A DNA stretch of 64,000 nucleotides from Tubulanus polymorphus (lineage: Eukaryota; Animalia; Nemertea). Numbering within the stretch: position 1 is the stretch's first letter; each line of letters starts with the position of its first letter. The notes under the pieces were generated by a model, which searched no databases, was not told the origin of the DNA, and was given only the letters and a program-made list of their open reading frames with translations. The position numbers were made by a program, and so were the translations under genes. Shown here one piece after another: positions 37,501-49,322 of this stretch. The stretch lies in contig NC_134027.1 of NCBI RefSeq assembly GCF_964204645.1, forward strand, positions 8,216,485-8,280,484, in the 5' to 3' direction.

Positions 37501-40390
37501 CACTCGTTCATTCGCCTCCCGTTCCAACTCTTCGACCGTTTGCACCAATACTTCATTTTGTTCGCTCAAATCGTTCACGTACGACTGAAGAATCTTGGAA
37601 CGCAGCTGAAATGATATAAAAGATTTGAAATGAAAGTTTTCGAATGATTTAAGTCAGTGTACATATAAACTATGACTGGGTCCATCCCTGAAGTAAAACT
37701 GTCATTACAGTTGAGCAAGATAGGAACGGAGTACTGACAATAATACTGTGGCAAGCAAGGATTCTGAGTGGCACTGGGTTCTTACCATGCCTTGAATTCT
37801 TACGTATTTCAATTTTTCTCATTTGTAAACAATTTTTTATAAAACATTACCACATGAGCTATACTATTAGTGAGGTGTGAAGGTGAATATTTCCCTATTC
37901 AATGACTTAAGGCCAATAAGATAATTTTTGTTTTTGTGAGGCTAAAAATCAATTTCAAATTTCATCAAAAATGAACGGATTTTCACTTGAACGACCCAGC
38001 ATGGCGCCACCTGGTAAGTACAGGTACCCATTAACGAAATCGCTGAATTCCATATTGGAAGCATTTTAAGAAATCTACATACTTAATACATTCGCAGTCA
38101 AACAAACAGCGTCACCGTATTATGATTTCTATAACGGCCTCGAATAAAAAAAGACAATTTCACTTTCGTGTTATGATAGTCTATTGAGAACTGGTTGGCC
38201 TATCTATTGTACAAAACGAACCGATATCAACCGAATTCAACAGGTCTTTATTTTTTAATCCAAACATGTTTAAGTAATTCACACACAGTCGACTCCCCTA
38301 AATATGATATCGAAAGCAATCGAGGGACTTTCAGTCATATTCAGCCGAGATGCTTTTTTAAAATAAAGTCAAAATGGATTGACAGCTCCCGATGTAAGGA
38401 CCACATTTTCAAACTTCAAACAAAGCAATACATAATAGATGAAAAGCTTTTAAATACTATGCAAGTCACTGAAATGTACACAGCCGCAATAATTCACACA
38501 CTTCGAAATGAGATGAATTCGAAACTACTCATTAGTGAACAAAGGCACTCAAAAAACGTACAGTTGACCCGCATAATGCATGGTCTTATCTCTGAATGCC
38601 ACGAGTAGGGAATGAGAAGGATTAGAGAAAAAATGATTAATCGAGAATAAATCCATACCAACTCAGAAAGAGAGTAACGCGGTATACTAATTTACCTTGA
38701 CTCCGGATGAAAACCCGGCTTGGATCTTTACTTTCAATTATAAATCAATATGATTGGAAATAAATGCTTCGCTATTAGTAGTTAAATGCACTTGCTGCAT
38801 GTAGGTAAATCATATTGGACATGAAGGTGTTCTAAATATAACGGCCGATCTTATTCATGCCTAAATTAAATCCGTGTTACATCAGTCTCATCAACAAGTT
38901 TATTAGGAAATCATTTCAAATGGTGCTTTATTCATACAATAATGAAGTTTTAATCAAACTTTTCCAATTTCCTCTCGAGTTGATCGGTGGCATTGAGCTG
39001 AGGCATATGACATTGACAAAATTCATAAAGATTTCTACTATAGGGCCTTAAAATTACCATGTAACATATACTATGTTTCATCTTTTTGATGATAAAATTA
39101 CGTCTACTGAACCAAAGCCCAGTTAGACTTAGCCCAACCATATGTGCCGATTAGAGTTTTTTTTATACAATGCATGCAGCGTGTACAAACGGAGACCATT
39201 TATTATCTATTGACATAAGGTTGTAAGTTAGTTTTTTTTTTTACAGACTGCGACATGCATGAGCGCATCTATAATGACAAATCTATTAGGCCTAATACAG
39301 TCATATCGAGCAATACAATTCTCTCTCTTCAGAGCAATGAGTGTATTATTAAAGGCAGAAGGCTTAGTGGTAATAAAAGATTAATGTCCTCAGCATTTAT
39401 TAGATTGTAAACCACCAGAAATAATAATTGCAATGTTTTTTCCCAATAGCGAAAAAGGTCTTGTTAACAAACACCGAGTGTTTTCAGAATTCATTAAGCT
39501 AGCCAAGTACAAAAAATATTAGGGGCCTACGTATCTGGGCCAATCAAATGAGACACCTAACAATATTTTCATACCTACATTTTCTTTTACATTGATTATG
39601 GTTAGTTCTACTAAAATGGTTTATCACTTAATTAGTTCCAATATCAAAACAATAAAGATTATCATTGAAAAATTTTCAGTTGGAATGCGCTCATAGAAAC
39701 AAGTAAATATGGATTTGAATGTTCATACTAATCTAAATGAAGGCCCATTGTATAAGGTATTCAATGTAAATATAGCGAGCTTCTCTTTATATGACCAGCC
39801 CATTTAGGATTTAATGCTAATGCAAACATTTTGACCACACTACTGGTATTTGTCTTTACGGACGCATGACAATATGACAAGACATGCCAATAGAACATCC
39901 AGGACCAATTAACAAATTACTGGCCTATCAGGTTCTCAAGAAGATTCAAACTAAAAGTTTGTTGACATAAATTTCTATACATGAAAGGAATGAATGATGC
40001 ATAGTATCATGCGAGAACACGTCCCTTGTGTGAAGAGGTCAGTTTTTGAATTAATAACAATAATAAGACAAAACTAATAAGCAAAGCAAGCACACAACCA
40101 CTTGGTTCACCCCGCTCAAAAAGTACCCAGCTTGACAAGGAATAGCCCAGTCACATCAATGAAAACATACAATAATATCAATGTCTAATGTAACCTACCC
40201 TGAGAGTTTCTTCGGTACTTTTCTCAGACTCATCCAGTTTCTTCAATCTTGCTTCGTATAAGTTCCTAAACTCGTCTAACAAACCGTGCATGCCGTGAGT
40301 ACGAGAGGCAATAGTACCGCCGCCGGGCGCCGTAGTTTCTCCACATCTACGAGGCGATGGAGACCTCATAGCAGCGTGTCTGCCAGCCAT
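7588..40390 (-). CDS. PMFBP1: PMFBP1-like giant coiled-coil protein, ~49 constitutive exons, ~2330 aa
   Basis: GT-AG exons traced by hand: 40390-40199, 37605-37456, 36380-36297, 35356-35225, 35085-35015, 34869-34734, 34618-34451, 34361-34215, 33122-33039, 28716-28633, 28516-28358, 27590-27528, 26773-26690, 26460-26377, 25874-25800, 25631-25485, 24882-24799, 24401-24243, 23333-23187, 22785-22627, 22209-22126, 22034-21804, 21720-21553, 21288-21193, 20152-20069, 19666-19499, 19411-19328, 19203-19099, 18793-18488, 17651-17421, 17333-17103, 14778-14695, 14584-14417, 13141-12899, 12717-12550, 12426-12091, 12005-11586, 11492-11325, 11236-11153, 11041-10874, 10667-10495, 10106-10074, 9493-9452, 9348-9255, 9116-9046, 8953-8674, 8172-8122, 7888-7796, 7710-7588. 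The frame is open throughout. The segment QWVQEQKVANDKLGSKIREQSKAILALTNEKEQLMDQVANLQKQNNRLRNETEEKKME resembles the PMFBP1 C-terminal motif ([20 protein letters not shown]...EIEEKKMK, from memory). Confidence 0.8.
10319..10342 (-). CDS. Candidate 24-nt cassette microexon of the PMFBP1-like gene (phase 2; adds CSLSKAVR)
   Basis: aatttcag|GTGTAGCTTAAGTAAAGCTGTCAG|gtattt; stop-free only in the phase-2 frame that this intron requires. Confidence 0.45.
14080..14100 (-). CDS. Candidate 21-nt microexon (IQVFSEA)
   Basis: atgtttcag|ATTCAAGTGTTTTCTGAAGCT|gtgagt; phase 0-0, exactly one heptad. Confidence 0.5.
15287..15544 (-). CDS. Candidate alternative exon (internal first exon from ATG 15457, or 258-nt cassette), non-coiled-coil
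   Basis: 86 open codons ending TTG|gtatga in phase 0. The GC-richer part encodes MSYELHRYASHDSVLRIEYPRIQHPAVEFYHNRVEDDSAGFELVEKLRSSFEIIHSL. Confidence 0.5.
16604..16747 (-). CDS. Candidate alternative exon(s): hydrophobic/Cys-string terminal exon, or two microexons 16727-16747 and 16661-16684
   Basis: gttctag|VPLRYWR|gtaagg and ccccccacag|SWHWCCCC|gtatat. The 42-nt spacer is also open in frame. Confidence 0.4.
   Translation of the reverse strand: MPLRYWRVRIVLYILLVIPPQSWHWCCCCVYRIISSFIFSRHDDFEY
17858..17977 (-). ncRNA. Intronic box C/D snoRNA, copy 1 (U6-antisense, SNORD23-like)
   Basis: aagtcc-a-ATGATGA...CTGA-ggactt gives a 6-bp terminal stem. Same strand as the host gene. Near-identical copy at 18871-18988. 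Confidence 0.85.
18321..18353 (-). CDS. Candidate 33-nt microexon (IKIYCKESKEM)
   Basis: ttattcgtcag|ATT...GAGATG|gtaaga; phase 0-0. Confidence 0.5.
18871..18988 (-). ncRNA. Intronic box C/D snoRNA, copy 2 (U6-antisense, SNORD23-like)
   Basis: cgtcc-a-ATGATGA...CTGA-ggacg. The terminal stem carries a compensatory change relative to copy 1. Confidence 0.85.
19754..19890 (-). ncRNA. SNORD94: Intronic box C/D snoRNA, SNORD94/U94-like (predicted guide for U6 Cm62), copy in the PMFBP1-like gene
   Basis: ATGATGA-aaa-CGCAGGGGTC-CAGA(D')...CTGA. The guide pairs with U6 GGCCCCUGCG and the D'+5 rule hits C62. External stem tcata-ggtt/agcc-a-tatga. Confidence 0.8.
20688..20705 (-). CDS. Candidate 18-nt microexon (SKIRMA)
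   Basis: ttttcttttag|AGTAAGATAAGGATGGCA|gtaagt; consensus splice sites, phase 0-0. Confidence 0.55.
21369..21503 (-). ncRNA. Intronic box H/ACA snoRNA, copy 1
   Basis: Hairpin gcac...gtgc, H box ATATTA, hairpin tcctg...cagga, then ACA+3 nt. Three copies in the window. Confidence 0.8.
22843..22978 (-). ncRNA. Intronic box H/ACA snoRNA, copy 2
   Basis: Same architecture and conserved pocket sequences as 21369-21503. Confidence 0.8.
23018..23152 (-). ncRNA. Intronic box H/ACA snoRNA, copy 3 (partly degenerate)
   Basis: 3' hairpin and ACA retained; H box reads ATATTC and the 5' pocket has diverged. Confidence 0.6.
23490..23522 (-). CDS. Candidate 33-nt microexon (DGYWWRYFTIK)
   Basis: Pyrimidine tract...tttctaag|GATGGG...ATAAAG|gtaaac; phase 0-0. 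Confidence 0.5.
27364..27456. mobile_element. Short MITE (Kolobok-like)
   Basis: TIR AGGCCATCTCAA...TTGAGATGGCCT, flanked by TTAA / TCAA. Confidence 0.6.
27867..27905 (-). CDS. Candidate 39-nt cassette exon (YLTVPVHNQLEYG)
   Basis: ctgcattctctttcttag|TAT...GGG|gtaagc; phase 0-0, with TGC just before the pyrimidine tract. Confidence 0.55.
28823..29044. mobile_element. CAGGGT-ended MITE remnant
   Basis: CAGGGT...ACCCTG ends, internal TTCCCTGA repeats, AGACCA on both flanks. Confidence 0.55.
29278..29355 (-). CDS. Candidate internal first coding exon (MSNGLGLGDWAYVFGNACHFLILMKT)
   Basis: ATG at 29355, 26 open codons, ACA|gtaagt donor in phase 0. Confidence 0.4.
29874..31839 (-). CDS. Candidate internal N-terminus from two exons, 31850-31827 (ATG 31839) and 29962-29874
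   Basis: MIVA-G|gtatag (phase 1) joins tag|GT AGC GAC... (phase 1 in, phase 0 out, |gtgagt), giving MIVAGSDEADATVSGRENDRSLNLKIPGRNFNVN, in frame with exon 28716. Confidence 0.45.
32592..32872. mobile_element. CAGGG-ended MITE
   Basis: Imperfect TIR CAGGGTCTTACGGGTTT...AAACCCATAAGAACCCTG with internal TTCCA(T/A)A repeats. Confidence 0.6.
37288..37302 (-). CDS. Candidate 15-nt microexon (AGNQK)
   Basis: atatttag|GCAGGCAATCAAAAG|gtgatt; phase 0-0. Confidence 0.35.
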
Positions 40391-40479
40391 TCTTACTTTT
40401 ATTCCAATCTACGCCACGTATATTTTATGGGCGCCTTCACTTTTATCGCGTACGGCGGTTATAGACTGAGAAATAGGGC

Positions 40480-40700
40480 CGAAACGAAGAGAGCCCGGTC
40501 ACAAAACATTCACGTTAGCGTCCGCCATTCGGTTCCAACGACGCTTTAAACGAGCATCTGTGATTGGTTCAAACTGGCCACGTGGTGTCTCATGAAGCGC
40601 ACGTGCGTCTTATTTACAAACAAGAAGGTACCGGATTAATCCTAACCAGTAGCGATATGACCTTACGCACACGGATTAGGCTAACGGACTCGGGACTAAT
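40480..40700 (-). promoter_or_regulatory. Probable promoter of the PMFBP1-like gene
   Basis: CpG-rich stretch upstream of ATG 40390, with CCAAT (40563-67) abutting CHR-like TTTGAA (40568-73), two CACGTG E-boxes (40579, 40600) and CGGATTA..CTAAC repeats. Confidence 0.5.
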
Positions 40701-41577
40701 GTACGGCCTTATCCTCCCTAAGTCTTTTCTTTCCTTCGACTATTTTCTTTTCATCTTACCTGAAGGCGTGATCGAAAATATATAATCTTCTCTTTAGAAA
40801 ATCTATCATACATCAATACATGTAGTTCAGTTTCAGACTAAAAGACTAAGTCAAACTACTAGAGGGAAAGAGTCCTCCGATGTTCCAACTAAAAGAAAAG
40901 AAACAAGTACCTGGTAGTTTTTTACAAACCATTTTCTTTATTTTCACGCTTACAAAAAAGTTTTCTCACACTCACACAAACATAATCAAATAAATTAATG
41001 CCACACTAGCAAAATATTTAAAAAATCTTGAAGTAAATCATTTCTAATCTTGATTATTGAGTTTAAATTGACCTGCATCTGGTATATCCTAAATAATTAG
41101 GTGCACAGTTTTATAAGAGGTTCAACACGAATATGTCGTTTCATTAGAGTAAAAACAGGGACTTTTCATCTTAGAAATTCTGGATTAAATGAAAATGCTT
41201 TAAAAATCACAGGTGCGGTGTACAACAGGTTTCATGGCTATCAGATAAGATGACATTGATTTAAACTTAATTACATAAAATATATAGAATTGAACTTGCA
41301 GTGAATGATCAGAATTTTAAAACAAATTTACAATAGTGTAGAAGTTTGTTATCACCATTGGATAACTTCATCGCAATAGACTTAGAAAATACAACATTCA
41401 CCAAAAATCACAAAGAATTAAATCAGTTCTTAAGAAAACTATCAATTTCTAAGTATGAAAAAGAATTCTTCAAATACATTCACTAATTCTCATTGTTTCA
41501 CACAATATTCGCTCTTGTTTAACAAAAGATCTAATTCGTACACGTAAAATTTTTATTCATCTAGCATTTGACCGAAT

Positions 41578-44500
41578 TCAAGTCTTCCGAACGCGGATCT
41601 TTTTCTTCGGGCCGAATTCAGCTTCGATGAATTCGTCGTCGAGGACAGGAATGGGAGCCGGAGCCATCGCTGACGCTCCAGCTCGTGATACTATTCCACT
41701 GATGCCTACTCCAGCTTGATGAAGGAATGGTAAAAGCTGTAAATGTAAAACACCATCATAATTTATTAGCCAATTTTGAAAACGTTATGATTGTGGTGGA
41801 CAGTTAATCTTGGATTTTACAAGTGTTAGTAATTTTACTGTCAAGCCTTAAGTGTTAAATTGTATCAACAACCAGGACCCTTTTCTACAATTCTGAATTA
41901 CCCTGATGATAAACAAAAATACTTGTTATCATGGGCATCTGTGGATACACACTATGACTGAGATGAATTTGTTTATATTTACCTTTTGATAATGGTAGGA
42001 TAGGAGAATGACTAGACCCGCAACTGGCAATATCATGAACGAGCCTTGATTTAGTTCTTGTTCAGTACTCTTGGGCTAATAAAACGAAGAAGTGCCTTTC
42101 AATATACATATCTCATCAAGTATTCATCAAGTCTGATTAATCAATTCAGATTCATTCTTTTTATTTACCTTAGGAGTGAAATGTAATACGAAATGTTTGA
42201 ATGAGGTATTCGCCGTAAAGCTGACTTCTGGTAATGAATAGTCATATCCTTGTTTCGACATGCCACTCTCCAGTCTAACGAAATAGCGCTGTAATGAATT
42301 AAATTATATGTGAGATTCATTTTATCACTGAAAAGTGAGGAAAAAAAGAAGACGTGAAAGCCGTCATTCACCTTGCCATCTTGAGGAATCGTCGGTAAAT
42401 AAAACATCGGTGAAACGCCCATCGTTAGTGTGTGTATCGGAGAATCAGGGTTATCCTCTCTGAACAAAACCACCTTAAGTATATATTACAATCGCATGAA
42501 ATAAATGAATAGAAATACAAACCGATGATCGCAAACTACACATTTACCTTCAAACCCGGCAGATTCTTCTGATCACCGACGATTCGTCCACTGAGATCCA
42601 ACTGATTCAATCGTCGGAACGCGATGATATTCACATTCATCTTGTCCGATTTCTCAACCTGTTTAAGGAGAAGGAACTCAGTCAATCAAAATGAATCAGT
42701 AGTTATGAGCCATGAGGTTTGGATTTGACTGTATTCTGTGTCTGCTCTTGAATTTTGGAATGTACAACCAATTCAGTAAATACTTCACCTGTATATGAAT
42801 TGACTTCGGAGCTGCTCTTTCTATGTGTTCATTGCTTTCACCTGCTTTCAATCTGATCTCGTATTTGCAGTTTGGCTAAATATAAACATAAAATACATCA
42901 AATGTTTCACCCCAATCGTAGTTGGTTAGCAGAATTTAGTTGAAACACCAACCTGTAATCCTCTTATTCTGTAAGAGCCATCCTTCTCTGTTTTACTTTC
43001 TTCCTGATAAACTGAACATGTCTCGCCCTGACCGACTGCCTCAACCATCACCCCGGGTTCGGGTTCACCGTTCAATGAACTTACTAATCCAAAACAACTA
43101 AAAAACACCGAAAACATCAGCCATTTCATAATATATAGAAAGTCTAAGACCAGTTTTTGGTTTAATAAATCTGCAGATCAGATGTACCTGTATGCAACTC
43201 GTTTTCCGGTGACTTCAAGTGACACGGTTGAACCTTCTTTCACCTCAATCATCTTTGATGATGGTTCGAAATTATACTCTTTCATCATTGGTCGAAGGAA
43301 AAATTGACCAGGACTCTACAATTATAAAAACAACATGCAACATTTAACACTTTTGTTGCCTGCATATTTTTGCCTGCGAAATGTAATTTTCTGTCTGGAC
43401 TTATCCTTTTTAAGCTGAAACAAGATTCTAAGAATCTTACCAGATTTACAAAGACCATCGAACCATTTTCATGCGTGAGATTGTTGCTCCTGTACTGAGA
43501 TCCTCCACTAAGAGACAATAAAACTCCACCTAATGCTTTCTTATCCTCATCAACAACCTTCACATCAATCTGTCCCAATTTGAAAGCTTTGAAATGTCCC
43601 AATTTTCCATCGATCTCAGTCATTATGTAGCCATCCTTTTTAGCAGTAACAAAGTACTTTGTGTCATCATGAAGCGGACCAACGCTGAACGAAGCAAAAT
43701 CTAATTTTCAACTGATCCCTTCAATATGAAGTCGAGTAAATACACAATTCAATGTCAAGTTACCTGTATTTTCCTTTCGCATCAGAAACAGTGGTCATCA
43801 CTTCTGATCGTAATTCAGACACAATCTTTATGTCAACACCAGCTAGAGGTGGCTGTATTTTTCCGTTGATGAACAATCCCCGTCTGCCGTCTAATTTCAC
43901 CAGCTCGCCGGGGCAGGCTTCTTAAATGAAGGGAAAAGCATTTAATTAAGTTATCTAAGTATCTCAATACTGAACTGATGGGTCAATTATCATATCACAC
44001 ACATTCATACCTCCTTTGACCGTCATTTCAGCCTGTGGTGGATAGAAAAGAAGCTCTTTTGATGAAGGCGTGAACGTCAATTTCTCACCAGTTCTGCAAT
44101 GGTAATTTGATATCTTCAATCGGATGCCATTATGAACAGACTTAGTTCAATTGAAAATAATTGAGATAAAAACAATATCAATGAGGATTCTGTTGACATG
44201 TTCAAACTATTACGGCTCAGAATACCCAATACGCTATTCATCATACGATTCAATCAAAACCGTCAAATCTGCTGCAGTAACAGCAGAGAGATTTGTCATG
44301 CATTCAGCGTATTTTAAGATTAATCATCAGAGCAAAATACCTTGAATTGACAACAATTCACATATCGGTAATATACTGAAGACATAATCACTTACTTGGC
44401 AATAGTGACGAATCTGTAGACGTACGGTCCATCTGGGTAAGGTTTATTGTCTTTTCCAAGCTTGGAAGGTGGCTCTTCAAATATTTCCAGTGGTCCGATT

Positions 44501-47500
44501 TCTTTTTCTGCATTCAACGTTGACCTAAAATTGGAAAATAAGACATTCAAATATCAGTTTATCAGTACTGTACTGTTCGAGATTCTAATGATAGGTTAAG
44601 AGTATTTTCAACGATGTATTAATGCATTGTAGGTTAGTTTTTATGTTTCATTTGTGATGACATCGAGACCGCAACATTGTGTGAGAACGATATGAAAGCC
44701 GATTTGTGAGTGGCAGGCGCCGCCGAAGAGCCTGAAATATACATATATAATCATACTGTGCTTCACTAAGTGAGCTGAACCTACAATTCTTCTATCCATC
44801 AGTGGTCACAGTTTACCGGTACATGTGTATCACTTAAATGAAAATAGCATTATATCACATCTAGAAAAATGTTGATTTTGCATTGCATTTTGCTGCAAGT
44901 GAATAGACATGTAGCTACAATATTCATTTTTTTACGAGTCTTTTTTGCTGAAACTGGAATATACATTAACGAAGGATGAGAAATGACGATTGACATGCAT
45001 GTGTGGCGTTACATCACATTATACCATTTTACCTTGCCATATCTTCCCCTACCATTACATTATAGTAACGATCAACACCTGTACCCAAAGACCTGGAATT
45101 TTTATCTATTCATTACGACCAGTTAGAATATGAAGAATCAAAGCGAATATTCAGATCAAGGTAAATGTCATAGGATCAAGCTAATTCCTAGTCCAAAGTG
45201 ACTGTTTGTATCAATCTATTGCGGCTAAGGATTAAAGCAATTAACATTAGGTAAAGCTTACATTATTTTGATTTTGATGTCTCTGAAAATCCCTGGTGTC
45301 ACAACCCTTCCATCAACTTGATGCCGCGAAGCAACCAACGACAACATTTGAGGATTCGATCTACAATAAAGGCAATGTATGATTATTGTAAGAAATGTTT
45401 CCAAATGAAATGTTTCCAAGTGAAATGTTTCTGCGCACTTACGTGTCGAATGTGTACGAATCTTCATCAAATATATGACATGACTCAGGAGTGACCTTGT
45501 AAATGCCAGGTTTCTCAAGACAATAACTATTCGAACCTTTTGTAGCTGCAAACGACACTGACTTGGAATCTTTACCTTGTCGGTCGAAATGCTGAAAATC
45601 AGTCATCGAATTAGTATTGAAACCTTTTACGAATAGACTTGAACAAAAATTTTTGTTTGTATTTTCCAAAACATGCTTACAAGAATGACTTTATCGTGTG
45701 AAATAGAATAAGGTACAACGTAACCGGAGTGCACTAATTCAACACCAGAAACATCCCTGTTTCTGACGTCAACCTCCTGCGTTTTCTGTTTCCAGCACCA
45801 CGTATCCTCAAGTACAGTTACTGAAAGGGAAAATTCACATGTAACCATCAACAATCCCATAAAATCCAGGGTGAATTATAACACTATCATGTATTACCTT
45901 GATATCTTCCGGGCATTACATCATCAAAAGTGAAATGCAACGATTTTCCTGATCCAGATATCTATCACAAAATTATGAAAATAGATTTAGTGCAGTACAG
46001 TAGTTTCTAATCAAAATGCTATGCTCGTTTTTTGAGTCAGTTGAGCGAATATTGATACTGGTAATAAATCCGTATAGATTTCAGAGTGAATGAATTACTC
46101 AACGATGATATAAGAAGTTATCTTCAAGATACCTTGGCAATCTTTTTGTCACCAGAACGTCCGGACAACGCAACCTGAATCTTAGTTCCACAGTTATCTG
46201 CATGAAAAATACATGCACAACTAAACATAATCTAGACACATGCTTTTGATTCGTTGATTTTTTTCAATTTCAATAACTCACCGATGCATTTCAAATTTCC
46301 AGATATCTTTGCTTTGAATTGTTTGAAGTTGACATTCGTTACGTATTTCGATGAAATAGTAACCGGCTGTTCGGTCGGATTCAGTAAAAGTCCGGCTCTC
46401 AGTTCAGTGTCTGACAATACCGGCTACAATTAATAAACATGAAAGAATGTTATGATCGAAACATCTAATGGCTTAGCAATAGTAGTTTATATGTATCTTA
46501 AATACCTTGATAGTGTAAACTCCAGGTCGTACAGTGGTGCAGTAATCACCCTTCACATCAGTAGTCACTTTACCCAATGTGATTACGTCACCTTTAGAGT
46601 TTTTATATTGTAAACTGAGAACGCGCTCTCTGATGGCTGATACACCAGTTGGGAAACGATCAATGTGTACATTACCGCATAAACTAAAACTGTCAACAAC
46701 AGATATTGATAAGTACCGGTAATATTGCAATTACAATTCTTGAAAGTGACATTATCATCTTTTTAGCCTAATTAGTAACCTGTTTTTACAGTGTAACTAT
46801 ACTGAAATAAATCTTGAATAAATCAACCTACCTTGAAGCTATGATGTCCGGCAGTTGAGGAGTATTTGGTGATATTTTCACATTCAGGTCATCAAATGCG
46901 ATCTTATCCGCGGCTATTTCGATAGAATACGTTCCTGTTTTCATATTCTCAAGCGTATACGAGCCATCCGCACCGGTGGTTGTGTGGTCTTTGCCGTTTA
47001 CGCGAACTCGGGCACCGGATATTCCAGAACCCTGCAATAATAACATTCATACATACAGCATCACTGCTGATTTACAGGTTAGCAGACTGCATTAAGGCCA
47101 GGATAAATATACTGGCCAGTTTATTGTTTATTTACATATTTCATTCAGATCTTTTTTTAACATTCATGAGTTGATAATCATTGAGTGATATTCAGAATCA
47201 CTAAACTTCACAGTAACGTAAATGTAAAAGGGACTTACTGATTTGGAATCAAGTACTCGTCCAGCTACTGAAAACCCAGCTACTTGGAAAGGCTTGTCAA
47301 AATTGATCGACTCATGGGCGATCTTAAAGTCCAATTTTGCCGGAATGACATCAAATGTGATCTTTTCGCCTTTGAACATAGGAACCTGCAGAAATTTCGA
47401 TATCAATAAGAACATTTTCTGGAGACAATGAAAATGAACCAAGTAAAAATTACTGTTGATCTTTGGCTATTTTTTTCGCAGAACTTACAATGCTGTATGA

Positions 47501-49322
47501 GCCGCATGGTAAACTCTTGAAGTTGAATTTCCCATCCTCGGAAGAAGCAGCATGGCAGAGTAATTTCATGTTAGATGGGACATTGTATCCCTTTACCGGA
47601 GTTGTCACACACCCCTTTACATCCTTCATATGGAAACAAAATCATCAATATTGTGGAAACATTCTTGTCATATAGAAAGCATGAAACAATAAGATGAACA
47701 GTTTCATTACCTTTGCATTAACACTGTCAGAAAGTAGCAAGAAATTGACGCCAGTGATAGGTTCACCTTCACTAAGGACTTGACCCTAGGATATTGTAAA
47801 GATTATAGAAAACATTAAATTCATTGCCCAGAGTTGCCCAACTACCGGCAGGGGTCTCAAATTAGCTACACTTACGCTGACTTCGTAACCATGAACAACT
47901 AGACCGCTCTTAATATTGACGTTATTCTTTTCAACTTTCAGGTCGACTTTCGACTGAAATTTAACAAAAATATCAAGACATAGGCCCGAAATTGAAATAA
48001 TAATGGCACTGAGACAATACATTAAAATTAAGGCAATACATTGAAATCAAGAAAGATGATCATAATACAACCTAACATTGCATTATGAGCGTGATTATGG
48101 CAGAACTATCTATTATATCTCATTACTAGGTTCCTTATCTTGAAATCTTGGCAAAAAATATGCAATTTGGAATTTAGATGGCCAATATCACCAGAAATCA
48201 ATCCTCAACAAACATTACATGAGACCAAAAATAAGTATCAGAGAGCTACAGAATTTGAATTATTTATCCCATCTCTAAAAATCTACCTTCTCAAGAATCC
48301 AAGAAGGATGGGAGGCTTCAATTCTATACTGGCCAGGCAACACTTTCTCAAATACAAATCTGTAATGAATCATAATGCAAAATATCATTTATGAGGAAAA
48401 TATTTCATTTTTCTGAAGCAAGTTACAACTTTTCTTAGCTGAACAGGATATACTTACAGTCCACCGGTTTCAGTCTTGGTAGCCTGGACGATTTCATTGT
48501 CATCTGTTCTGTACAGTTTGACAGTAACACCAGCCGGTCCATCACTCACACCTTTACTGTTAACCTACATCGAATAATCAATGAATCAATCATTTTGATA
48601 TAGGAAAATATGTTAATTCATCCAAAATATGGTAAAAACACAAAATATCATTTTAGTACTTTAAATATACAAATGTCTATTCCAAAGGGCTTATGAATGA
48701 GTCAATATGCATAGCATAATGCCTGACATATCATAGCTGTTAAACTTACAACACCATCAACAGTAAAACCGATGAAATGGAAATTGAGATCTTCCCCTTT
48801 GCTGCATCTGTCTGATTTACCGTCGATATGTAGCTCAACACTCTCTGGTTCTGAGTAAAATAAAGTAACAGGTTTAAAACTTTTGATTTAGTAAAATTAC
48901 ATATATAGCTACAATCGTTATCGTAGGTCATGGTAGAAACTCACCAAACTTCCAGCCTTTCGGAGGTTCAACTTTAAGGACGTATTCTCCTTTATCATAC
49001 ACAGGAATCATGTAGTATCCATTATTCGGCGCACATTCCATTTGATATTTCAAACTACCTTGTTTCGTGTATAACTTCATCTTTAAAGGCAAACGACGAA
49101 TGACTTTAACTTGTAAGTAAAAAGTTAGGTTAGGAATATGATGCCAACAGCAAAGTAAATTGAATTGAATTGAAGAAGAAACCTTACCTCGATCGCGGAA
49201 AAATCGATTTCAACGTCGGACTTCACAAAGCCTCCGCATCCTAAAATATCTTGGGATGAACATGAACAAAATATGTTCAATAAAATCAAAAAACAGAAAT
49301 CTACTAAGCCTAATGGAAGCAT
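41578..49322 (-). CDS. NOMO1: Nodal modulator (NOMO; BOS complex subunit), multi-exon
   Basis: Signal peptide followed by DILGCGGFVKS, YQMECAPNNGYYMIPVYDKGEY, KISPNTPQLPDI, LSLSGGSQYRSNNLT, SLNGEPEPGV..DGSYRIRGLQP. C-terminal TM segment QGSFMILPVAGLVILLSY and basic tail PKKKIRVRKT*. Confidence 0.95.
44215..44333 (-). ncRNA. Intronic box C/D snoRNA in a NOMO intron (target not identified)
   Basis: gctc-TGATGA ... CTGA(D') ... hairpin ... ATGATGA(C') ... CTGA-gc: four near-canonical boxes in the correct order on the host strand. Confidence 0.7.

Noticed and set aside
38195-38608. 137-aa plus-strand ORF in intron 1
   Set aside because: Non-ATG start, no homology recognized; probably a transposon remnant or chance.
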